Of a DNA stretch of 33,100 nucleotides, positions 1 to 10,043 are shown one piece after another. Source of the DNA: Psammoneis japonica (lineage: Eukaryota). Under the pieces are notes generated by a model that saw only the letters and a list, made by a program, of their open reading frames with translations, did not search any database and was not told where the DNA came from. Both the position numbers and the translations under genes were made by a program. Position 1 is the stretch's first letter; each line of letters starts with the position of its first letter. The stretch spans positions 28,013-61,112 of the forward strand of contig QPGO01000231.1 in NCBI GenBank assembly GCA_008632985.1, given 5' to 3'.

Positions 1-526
1 TGTCATGGCTTGCTGGATGATTCATTGCAAGACTGGCTTTGCTGTCACTCAACCTCTCACTTTTTTTGTCTCACTCTTTGGAGTGAAACATTTGGTGGTT
101 TGTGTGATTTGTCATTTGGCATCAGCATGGTGCTTGTTGTTGTGCAAGTTTGCAGTTTGCATTCACACCTTTGGCAACCCACCCACAGCCATCACAAACT
201 GCCAAGGCAAGTGCATCAATGAGGAGCACAGGCAGCCCAGTGGGATGATCTTTCAGCAACATTCACTTGCTGGTTTAACAATCATTGAAGGCCACCAAAA
301 TGACAAAAAAGTGCAGTCCCACCATGCTGACCATGTTGGCAGCATCCACAATGCAGCAGTGCAAGTTTTCTCCCTTGTGCACAACTGCTGCTCTTTGTGA
401 TTGTCTGTGGGGGTCACATGATGTGTCATTGTTGTGCCATTGTCCAGAGCAGAAATCCAGCATGAGCACAGAAAAAAGGCAAAAAGCACTTGAGTGGATT
501 GACCCAAGCATCAAGCAAAATGACAG

Positions 527-1860
527 ATGGATTCCAACAATGTGAATCAGTGTGGCAACAAACAAAAAAGGCACAGTTTGGCGTTGGTTTGGCAGAAGTC
601 TCTTGGCCTCAACAATCCATGCCTGCCCATGTTGGTGCTTGAGAGTGAAGCAGATCATCTGACAACTTGTCACAAAGAAATGAAGCAGCAGATGGTGGCC
701 AATTTGTGTGTCATGGCTGACACCACACAGCACATGGCACCACAAGAACAGTCTGTTGTGGATGGTGCAGCGCTCACAAGAGGCAGAATGCTGATGACAC
801 ACCAGGCAACAGGATGGCATGCAATGAGGCAACAGTGGATTTCAAAGGTGACTTTGAAGATGAGGGCCACATTGTGGATGACTCACCAACTGATCAGTCA
901 ACAGACTTTGAGTCATGCACTCAGGATGTTGTTGAATGTTCTGACAACATGGAGGAGGAGACCAAAGGGGCAAGTTTTGAGAAGCTGCACTTGTGGAATT
1001 TCCCAACAGCAAGCTCAACAACCCAACCAACTGACACCAAGACACCTTCCCAACAAGTTTTAGCTCATTCACCATCAAAATGTGTCAATGCTGGGAATGG
1101 TGTGCTTGCTGCTGCTCAACTCCTCCACTGCCATCAACAGTGTGAAGGAGGCAACACTGAACAAAAAGCTGCTGAAAACTGTGGGCAGGGACACTGTGAA
1201 GCATTTGTCAAAAAGAGTTTCAGTTGACAAAGCAAGAGCAATGGCCCAAGCCAAAGTGGAAAACCCAGCCATTGAGCCAACTGGATTGTGTGTGTGTTGA
1301 CAGCAAGAAATGTGGACTTGGGCCACGAAGAAGTCCTGGGGCCAGCAGCTTGATTCGCACATGTTGATGCAAAGAATCGGGTGGGATGAGAGGCGCCAAT
1401 GAAACAAGGTCAAACAACAAGTCTAGAAGACATGTCTCACAAAATGAGACAAACCATTGTGGCACAGAAACACAGATTTGTTGGTCTAGAGACAAGTCTT
1501 GTTGGCCCTGAAAGCACTGGTCATTCCACTCATTTGTGTCAAGACTGTTCTGCAGGGAGCCCATGACAAAAGCTTTGATGCTGCAACAATGTTCCAATGT
1601 GACATTTGACAGTTGCGATTGAAACCAAAATTGAACAAAAATGGATTGTGCCACGTGTCATGTTTGACAACACCAAATCAGCATTTTTCAACAAATGAAA
1701 ATGGCTTGGCACAGCACACTGCTTTTGAAGGGTGCCACCAGCGGCCCACACAAACTTTGGATGATCCACTTGTGCCTGTGCTGTAACATCATCAGGCAGT
1801 CCACACTGGAAGTGTGGGTTTGCCGGTGTTGCAGGGCAAAGGCACTGACAACACTTTAAA
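527..1860 (+). pseudogene. Unidentified decayed coding sequence inside the hypermutated block
   Basis: Consecutive overlapping + frames (527.., 814.., 1082..) read as protein-like, including an acidic tract (DFKGDFEDEGHIVDDSP...DNMEEE), interrupted by TGA codons and frame changes. No family recognised. Confidence 0.3.
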
Positions 1861-2384
1861 AAACAGGTCTGTGCTTTTTTGTCATGGTTGAAATCACACT
1901 CATTGCACCATTGATGTCATGGCAAAACAAATGAAGACAGTGAATTGAAGAAGCATCCCAAATGCAGCCCTCACTGAAAGATCCAGCACGTGGAGCCAAA
2001 GTTCATGTCGCCAGTGCCGCCAAAAGCACCGAGATAAAAAATGAAAAGCAATCTTGTCTCCAATGCTCATTTTTTGTCCCCATGCATCTCATTCGTCAAA
2101 TTGACATGTCTTTCAGATTCTGCTCAATTTTTCTTGGAAACACCCAAAATTTCCAGCTAGAAGGAAATTTGACATGCAGCGGTGGTGACCTCAGAGGGCA
2201 ACAAAAGCCACCAAGGCTTGTGGAGAAGCTTTTGAAAAATGAAATTGTGGGCCAACATGTGAATCTGTCATGGGAGACACAAGCAGTGGCAAGAGCTTGC
2301 TCCTTTCATCAACCACTGAGATTAAACTGCCTGGCTCTGCATCCAAAACAGCCACTGCACACTTGACACCAAAGAAGAGCAGAG

Positions 2385-4975
2385 TCAAAATGTGTGTGTG
2401 GTGTGTGTGGGGGGGGGGGGGGGGCTGGAGAGGACAAAGCTGAAGTTGAGACTGAGGATTTGAGAGGCCCAGAGTTGGGGGGTTGCAGTGTGATGGGAAG
2501 AGCCAAAGCAGTCTGGTGAAAGTTGTTTCCAGGCCTCATTGGAGTGGGCAAGGAGGTTGGAGGGTGCAAGAAGTGAGTTGGTGAAGGCGGAGAAGGATGC
2601 TTGGGAATCGGACAGGGAGGATGGGCTTGACCAGGGCAGTTTGGGAGGAAGGGTTGGGATGGAGGAGGAGGCAGTGGTGGAGGTGCCAAAGAAGAAGACA
2701 TGGAAATGGCACCCAATTCCTCCAAGGTGGTTGAAGGTGAAAGGGAGGGGGAAGAGTCTAGCTTGGTTGATGGCATCAATGATGTTGGAGCCATGAGCAG
2801 ATGATGCAAAACTGCCAAGGAGCTTGTCCCGTGCACTGCTGAGGTGAGCCTTGCTTGACAGGTTTTCAGGGATGGGCAAACCAGGTGCAGGAGGTGGGGG
2901 AGCTGGTGGTGCGGTGATGTTGATGGCCAAGAATTGATGGGTGGATGGGGCATTTGGTGGTGTGGAGCGGGGGTGAGTTGAGTGCCGATGTTGGCAGGGT
3001 GTTTGAGGGGGTGGTCATCTGAGATGCCGGCAGGGTTGAGGCATGCTTGTTGGCGAGAGAGGCACAGACCGCAGAGTGGCCCCAGCATTTTGGTGACGGC
3101 GCAGACAGTGTCTCGGATGTGATTTGACAGATGGCCTTTGTGCATTTTAGAGCAGGCAAAGGTGTGATTGCCACATGGGTCTGGGTGGACGTGGCCACAT
3201 GGGCAGTCATGTTGGAGGAGGTTAGAGGAGATGATTGGAAACAGAGCTTCCGCAGAGAAGAAGCATGAACAAGTGCGGTGGGAGCCGTTGGAGGCATGAG
3301 CTTGGGAGAGAGAATGAAGGCACAGGCTTGCCAGTGGAAATGGCAAGGATGGAAGGGCTGGCTGCACAGAAGGATTGGCAAGGATCAGAGGGAGAGTGCT
3401 GTGCTTGTGATGACACAGATGAAAGCGTTGTGAAAGACCCCAGAGGTTTTGGTGTTTGACAGTGTGTGTCAGGGAGGTGAGGGAATGGGAGTCAAACTGA
3501 AGGAGGGTGGGAGCACAGTGGCGGAAGATGCAGCAGAGGGAAAGGGTGGAGTGTGGGTTGGACCATGAGCCAAGAGCAGTGGAGTGGCTTGAGGGAAGGT
3601 GTAAGATGGCACCGCTGCTGAGTGGGATGCTGTGTTTTGTGTGCCGCACAGATCTGATGAGGGAGGTCACAAGAGCTGGGACGGCAATGGCAGAGATGTT
3701 GTGACAGCTGGTGCTGCCTGAGGAGACAGGTGAGCTGGTGATGAGTTTGGCAGCAGAAGGGAATGGATTGGTGTGTTTGGTTGGGTGGGCAAGAAAATGC
3801 AGGGAGTGGCCAATGATTTTGTCAGCAAAGGGAGATGTCCATTGAAAGGGGAGTGGGAGGGTGTTGGATTGCATCAGGTTGCAGCATGCATCAGCTGCCA
3901 GAAGGTGGGTGATGGAAGGGATGGAGCATTTGTGGAAGAGTGTGCTTTGTGTCTGTTTGTCGGTTGGGTGGGTGGCAAGGCGGCGAAGGTCAGTGGCAAA
4001 GGAGGTGACCTTGTCATGGAGAAAATTGAAGGCAAAGGTGGGTGAGCCGATGGGTTGGCCGAGAAAGCAGACGCCGGTGGTGATTTCAGGTTTGATGTGG
4101 GGGTTGTTGTCGCGGGGGTTGAGGAAGGCAAGGGCTTCAGAAAGAGCTGCAGCATTGGCGGGTGGGAGGCGGTTGTTGGGAGAAGTGCCGGTGATGGATG
4201 CAAGGTTTTTTGTCTTGGAGGCATTGAGCTTGATGCCAAATTGGGGGCCGCAGGTGGAGATTTGCTCAAGGAACCAAGGAAGCTGAGAAAAAGGAAAGGA
4301 AAATGTGGGTGTTGCAGACACATGAGGAAGTGGCAGATTTGGAGCAAGGAGAAAGTCAGTGATGCAGCTCATCGTTAACAGGGTTGAATGCGTGGACCAG
4401 AACAAGGCAGGAAAAGACTGAGCTGAGGGGGCAGCCTTGAGCAAATCCTTGGGTTGAGAAAAGGAGGACCATTGCAGGTGATGGTAATGACACCAGCAAG
4501 TGTTGGGATCTTGTCAGAGTGAGTCAAAGAAAGGCAGTGAAGTGTGGCATTCATCGGAGTTTGCAAGGGTGTCACGGCAAGTGTCACGGGAGCATTCATC
4601 GAAACAGTTGGATGGGTCAAGGAAGAGGAGAGCTTTTGTTGGTGCAGAGTCCGGTTGAAAGAAGCATTTGATGTTGGTGCAAGCAGCATTCACAAGGTGG
4701 TTGAGGCCACCTTTGATGCCAACTCCGAATTGGCCAGAGAGCAGGAGGTTGGAGGCAAAAGTGGTGGCAAGGAGGAACATGACAAGGGTGCCAATGATTC
4801 TTTGAAGGGCCATGCCAACACCAATTGGCCAGAGTTTAGAAAGGTTGGATGAATCCTTGTACAGGGCAAGGAAGCAGTTGGATGAAAAAGCAGGTTTTTT
4901 TTTGATGTGGGGATGTGCAGGTTGGTTGGATTGGAGGATGGAGGGAGGGACAACAGAAAATCTTGGAGTTCAGAG
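2385..4975 (-). mobile_element. 5'-truncated, decayed non-LTR retrotransposon with RT and C-terminal restriction-like endonuclease (CRE-like RLE clade)
   Basis: Minus-strand motifs in order, across frameshifts: LALYKD..SKLWPIGVGMALQR (=LRPIxVG), QFGVGIKGG, LDPSNCF..CSR (=LDxxNxFN..SR), GFAQGCPLS, MSCITD (decayed YxDD), GPQFGIKLNASKT, GVCFLGQPIG, zinc knuckle CPCG...DPCGNHTFAC...H, HIRD, HPANI (=RPADI), AINIT (=AIDIT), PFTFNHLGGIG. End coordinates are approximate. Confidence 0.88.
2391..2424. repeat. (TG)n microsatellite plus G homopolymer at the 3' edge of the retrotransposon
   Basis: tgtgtgtgtggtgtgtgt followed by a run of about 16 G. Confidence 0.85.
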
Positions 4976-7509
4976 CTTGCAATGCTTGCAAATTTGGCTG
5001 ATGTCTTTGGGGTTGTCGCAGCTCGCATCTGCACTGCACAAAATGCAACAGTGAAATTCCGTTGGTTTCCTGCCACAATTTCCTCTGTTTTGAAATGCAT
5101 GGAAGGGACATTTTGAAGATGTCTAACAGCTTGCAGGGCTTGGAATTGATCCAAAGCAGGATGGCATCAACTCATTGCTTGGCACACCATTTTCACATGG
5201 CAGCCAAGTCACGTTGGAAAAAGACAGAATGTTGAGTTTTGGTGACCCTCAAAACAGCCCTTCCATGACTTTGTGAAGCTATGACATGTCTTTGCTTGCC
5301 TGGTGGAGAATGTGCATGATGTCTCCATTTGTCCCAGCAACAATGCCTTGCAAATGCAAGGATGTGAGTGTTGCAGTCTGAGTCTGCACAACACAAACAA
5401 GCAGTTTGCAAAAGAAGAGTGCAAAACTTTTCCAGCACACATGCATTGGATGCATGCATTGTTCAAGCAGAAGAAACAACACACACACAGTTGTGTGTTG
5501 TTGCAAATGTCAATCTTGTGTGACAATCGTGGATGCCTGTGAATGGCAGATTGATTGCACAGAACTGATCAGAAGTCTGAAATTTCAAATGCAATCAACA
5601 GATGATGTTGACACACAAGGCATCAATGTCAGTTGCATCTGGACAATCTGTTGTCATGATCACATTCTCCAAAAGGCCTTTGCTCTGTGGGAGCAGCACA
5701 AACACTTTGGGCCATTGAGAACTTGTTCAGAGAAACCCAAACTCACAGAGCAAATTTCAGTCTCACAACTTCCACTTTTTGTGATTTGTTCCACTTTTGT
5801 TTGCACTTGTTCTTCAAGTGCAGCGCACATCACTGTCCTGTTCCCAGCATTTTTGGTTCTGCTTGACTTTTTCCAAAGAAGACGGCCACAGAATTTGTTG
5901 TCACATCTTTGTGGTGCAACACTCTGAAGCTTGCTTTCTGCAATTTCCATTTCAGCATCACTTCTTTCATCTCTTCAGCTTTGCCACCACTGCACATGCA
6001 GCAACAACACCTTTTCCAGTGCTTCTTAAAATCATGTGGGTGGGAGACTCTCCATCCACAAAGCACCATGGATTTGTGGTCTCCAAAATGACATCCACAG
6101 GAGGGCAAGAAATGCAAGCACAAAGCTCATGACAAAAAAATGTGGCAACCTCTGATCCAGGCTTGGCTTGAAGCTCACAGCTCTGTGGCAGATGAGCTGC
6201 ATGCTTCAAAGGAGAAAGGGACAACAAGGATTGTGAGATGAGAGATGAAATGTTGCACATGCATGCCAGTGTGCCTGCAGCCAATGAACTCAAACAAACA
6301 AAAGTCAGTTCAAGGACACTTGCACTCCAAATGTCTTTGGCAGGCACCAGGGCAAGGAGATCCAGGCCTGGAGTGTTTTCCCATTCTCCAGGGCAACAAA
6401 GCATGGTTGCCATCATGTGTGTGAACAAACCAGCAAGCACTTGAACAGACCAACTGCACCAGAAAGTTTTGAGGCTCACAATCCATGAGAGGCTCTTGCA
6501 CATTGACTTGCCTGCACTGCCACAAGAAAAAAAAAGAATGGCACCATTGGAGTGGAGTCATGCCCAATTTTTGTGGCATGTCCATGGCTTGAATGTGAGC
6601 TGATTGTGGCTGCATTGGCTCCAGATGATGCTCTGACCATTGCAGGAACTGGACAAATGCTGCAAAACTCATTTTCTTCTTCTCTTCAGGCACCCTGTTC
6701 TTTGTTTTCAGTCTGTGTTCATTTTGACCTTCATTGTCTGATTTTCGGTGCTTCAATTTGTTGGGATTGGTGATTGTGATGGCTCCAGGGTGCAGGTGGC
6801 TGAGGTGCAGTGCGCTGCTGCACACTTTTGGGAGAATTTTTGGAGCTTGGGCTTCAACAAGATGTCACAGTTTGAAGTTTTTTGTGTGCCCATTTTTGAT
6901 GGCTGAGGACCAACAAGGCAAGCTTGCAGTGACATGAAGTTGTCAGCCCTGGCACCTGTGCAAAAGATTTGGGACTCACTGAGGTTGTGTTGTGCTTCAC
7001 AACAGCAGAAAATTCCAGTCAATGCAATGACAGTGCACCTGACTGCACCCACTGGGCATTTGGTCTTTGTCCATGTGCAATCCATGCTGTGCATTGGGCA
7101 AAGCCAATTTAACAAAGAGTGGCACCAAAATGACACTTGACAAACAAAGCAAGGATGTCAACATGAAAAAGCCACAGACTGCCTTGCATTTTGTTGGACA
7201 AGCACGTTGTCATTCTGTTCAAGGTGGGCACACTCCTAAAAAGGCATTGTGTTTCTCTCTGGATGGAGCATCAACATTGTTGCCCCTTGTGTCATTTTTT
7301 GCATGGTTGCTTTGTTTCACAGCATCCATGCTTGACCAAGACAGACAAAAAACTCAGGCACTCTTTTGTTTGTTTGGCAGGTGTCAGCATAAATGAACAA
7401 GCTGGTGGCTTCACCATCACAAAAACAAAAGAGCTCCATCTTGTGGCAGCCCAACACACTCTTGTTTTATTCGGGGCAGGATCCTCCATGAGTTGACAAG
7501 CCTGGCATT

Positions 7510-8340
7510 CACATTGACGCACCAAACAACATGCCAAGAGTGCCAACACAAATGCAACACAGAACCGTGTGTGCCACAATGAGCAACAAACCATTTGTGG
7601 CAAAGGCACCCATGTTGTCAGACAGATGAGATCATTTGCAATGATTGTGGTGTCTCAGCAGTCTCACATCAACTTGACTCACTCACATGACAGCAAGCAA
7701 CTTGCCATCAAAAAACAGTGCAGATGCCCAAAGAATTGCCAACGTTGTTGTTGGCATGATTTTGTGAATGCTTGCATTGATTCAAAAGAGAGTGCAGGGC
7801 ATGCAGCAGTGCCATTGTGCTGTGATGAAGAAATCAGACTGCACAACCCAATGGGGCACAGAGAGATGGTGCAGAGGACAGGAAAAGGAAGCCATCGTCA
7901 GCGCCGTTTGCCCTCGGGGTGTTTCCCAGCTCAAATGCCTCTGCACATGAGTGGTGAAGGCAATCTTGTCAAAGAAAACAAGTGAGAAAGTGAAACAAAA
8001 GCACTGCATGATTGGATTGCAACAGAGAGCGAAAACGGGCATCGAGCCGTGTGGTGTGTCAGCGCAAAAATCTGTTTTTTTTTTTCCATCTTGCGGGGTT
8101 GTCAGCCGATTGCCTTCCAACAAGCAATGCATGTTCATTCCACATGACAGCAAAGACCAGTGGACAGCGTTGGCGTTGTTAAAAGGATTGCATCTGGTCT
8201 AAAAAGCCGCTCCGATTCATTCTCATGGTGTGTGGTGTTTTGAGTTTCGAGGTGTGATACGCAAACGTGACTGATGAGTCCCGTATACGCTCATAAAATC
8301 GCGCGGTCTGAGCTCGTCTCGCGCGTCTCAGTCGTTACCG
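7510..8340 (+). repeat. Diverged ~0.85-kb segmental duplicate, copy A (hypermutated); paralogue at ~18255-19010
   Basis: Colinear matching blocks, e.g. acattgacg (7511/18255); tgcttgcattgattcaaaagagagtgca vs tgcttgcttgatccaaaagacagtgta; ttctcatggtg; acgtgactga(a)tgagtcccg; ctcagtc(g/c)ttaccg. Confidence 0.85.
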
Positions 8341-10043
8341 TAAAGTGTACGTAGGACTTAGTAATAATTTTGAAAGTACCAAGATCTCACGAATGTTCTA
8401 CATACGAAGTGATAGTATCGATTATACAAAGACACACAAAAATGATAGTGTTTGAGAAAATTAGCAACGGTCGGTCACGACACAAACAAAATCTCTCGAA
8501 AGCTTGCTCTTCGTTCGCTTCACAACTCGTTGTCTCGCACGATGTGTTGTTGTTCGCCAAGCAACGATTGCCGCGATCGCCCAGGATGGCTCGCCCTTCT
8601 TGCGGATAATAGAGAGCTAGCTCTTGTTTGGTGTTCCACAACTAGTCATGCTTGTTGACGTGTTGTCTCTAGGTGGCGTAGGTGTTGCCAGTTAAGTCCA
8701 GAGGTCGGGGCAAATCGAATGCGTCTCTCCGGCCTTGAGTCCATGTCACTCTCGTGTCTTTGAGCGCAGGAAGTTGCCTGTTCGCTTGACCCGTCAGGTC
8801 ACGGCTGTTGAAATAGACAGCAGCGTTCGTCTGTGAAGCAGCAAAAGCTCGCCAAGCAGATCATGCCGTTGACGGAACGCGGGTTTGGGGTTCCGTCGTA
8901 TCAGTGACATGATACGGTAAGTCTTCACTCGTAGGGAGTGTTGATTTAGAACGCGGTTGACTCGCAAGTTCTCTTGTTGTTGCCGTAGTACGTCCCCCCT
9001 TTTTCTTTTTTTTGGATGGTAATCCACCCGGAAAATAGGAGAAAGCTTGAGCGCCATCTCTTGGTGGTGCTCTTGAGGCAATATACCCTACGCAACCGAT
9101 TCAATTGCGACTTTTGAGAATGGTGTGCTTCAATTGCTTGAAACACCCCTTGAACCTTTACAATAGAAGTAGAAATACTAAAAGTATGATGTAGCAATCT
9201 TTCTTGCATGTAATTTATTCCGTACGTGTGTCAATGGACTACGATGACGGTCGTAGCGCTTGAGATGTCGTTGCATATCTTGATTTCATCGTTTTTGTGT
9301 TTGTACCATGCTGCTCTCTTTTTTTAGATGGGTTCCACGATGGGGTATTTGTTACGGTATGCCCCAACACGATATGTGTACTGGACTGTTTCTGCCAGCG
9401 AGTTTTGCTGTGGTACTTCTCAAAACGCGGCAAGTTGCGATACGATGAAGAACGGAGTCTATGTTGTGAACAATGATAAATCGAGTGATGCTGACATTAT
9501 TTGTCATTGTAAGCTACAGTACTAATTGTTGTAGGTGTAGACTACAATCCGGTGCCGACTACTCGCATGTTTCTGCTTGCTACGGCGGCAGCCTGCAATG
9601 TAGCAAGACCGGGAATGATGTGGAAGGAGTTACCAGACGACATTCCTCGCCACGACTATTTCCCCCGATATGGTCCTCTGAGTATGCTCCTGTTGACGCG
9701 GAATTCGGTTCGAGCATAACGAACGAAGTTGATTTCCGCACCTATGTTTTCTTTCTTGGACGTGCGTGACTAGTCGTCGGAATGCCAGGGCAAATCTACG
9801 GGGAAGCGAGCTGGAAGAAAGAAAAGGCCGCTCGTGTCGTCGGCTGGCAACAAAGAATACGGTAATAAGCCCCAGGTACGGTCTGCTTGGGCATAGCCCG
9901 AGAAAACAGCTAGTGAAAAGTAAAGAATACTGTAGGTAGCAGCCTATATGTCTTGTGGGAGCTCACACTACTTTGTCGACATGACAGTACTCTCTATAGT
10001 CAGCATTAGGCATGTCCTGCACCAACTTCTTGTGGAACGATAA

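Larger units (their letters stand above)
1..8255. other. Hypermutated domain, nearly devoid of TpA and strongly depleted of CpG, rich in TpG/CpA
   Basis: Manual count: 1 TA and 1 CG in nt 1-600, and about 26 TA in nt 1-8201. By contrast the single line 8281-8340 has 11 CG and 4 TA. Six-frame ORFs in the block almost lack Tyr and are rich in Cys/His/Gln. Confidence 0.95.

Noticed and set aside
5..8202. The many six-frame ORFs as real genes (including the 711-aa ORF as an intact protein)
   Set aside because: Explained by loss of TAA/TAG. The 711-aa ORF drifts between true RT/RLE frame and out-of-frame sequence, and its catalytic motifs are decayed.
1..8255. Fungal-type RIP
   Set aside because: RIP converts CpA to TpA and enriches TA and AT content. 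Here TA is erased and CA/TG enriched, and the paralogous copy at 18255-19010 is unmutated.
8268..8312. Hammerhead ribozyme or C/D snoRNA suggested by CTGATGAG
   Set aside because: No GAAA core after stem II, the downstream CTGA is too close for a C/D RNA, and the paralogous copy reads CTGAATGAG.
7510..8340. Diversity-generating retroelement TR/VR pair (adenine-specific changes near an RT)
   Set aside because: Changes include T>C and CpG transitions on both strands over ~0.85 kb of non-coding DNA, and the RT is a eukaryotic RLE non-LTR type.
8370..9800. Short ORFs between the hypermutated block and VPS13
   Set aside because: No recognisable motifs; frames are short and interrupted. Possibly decayed coding DNA but unsupported.
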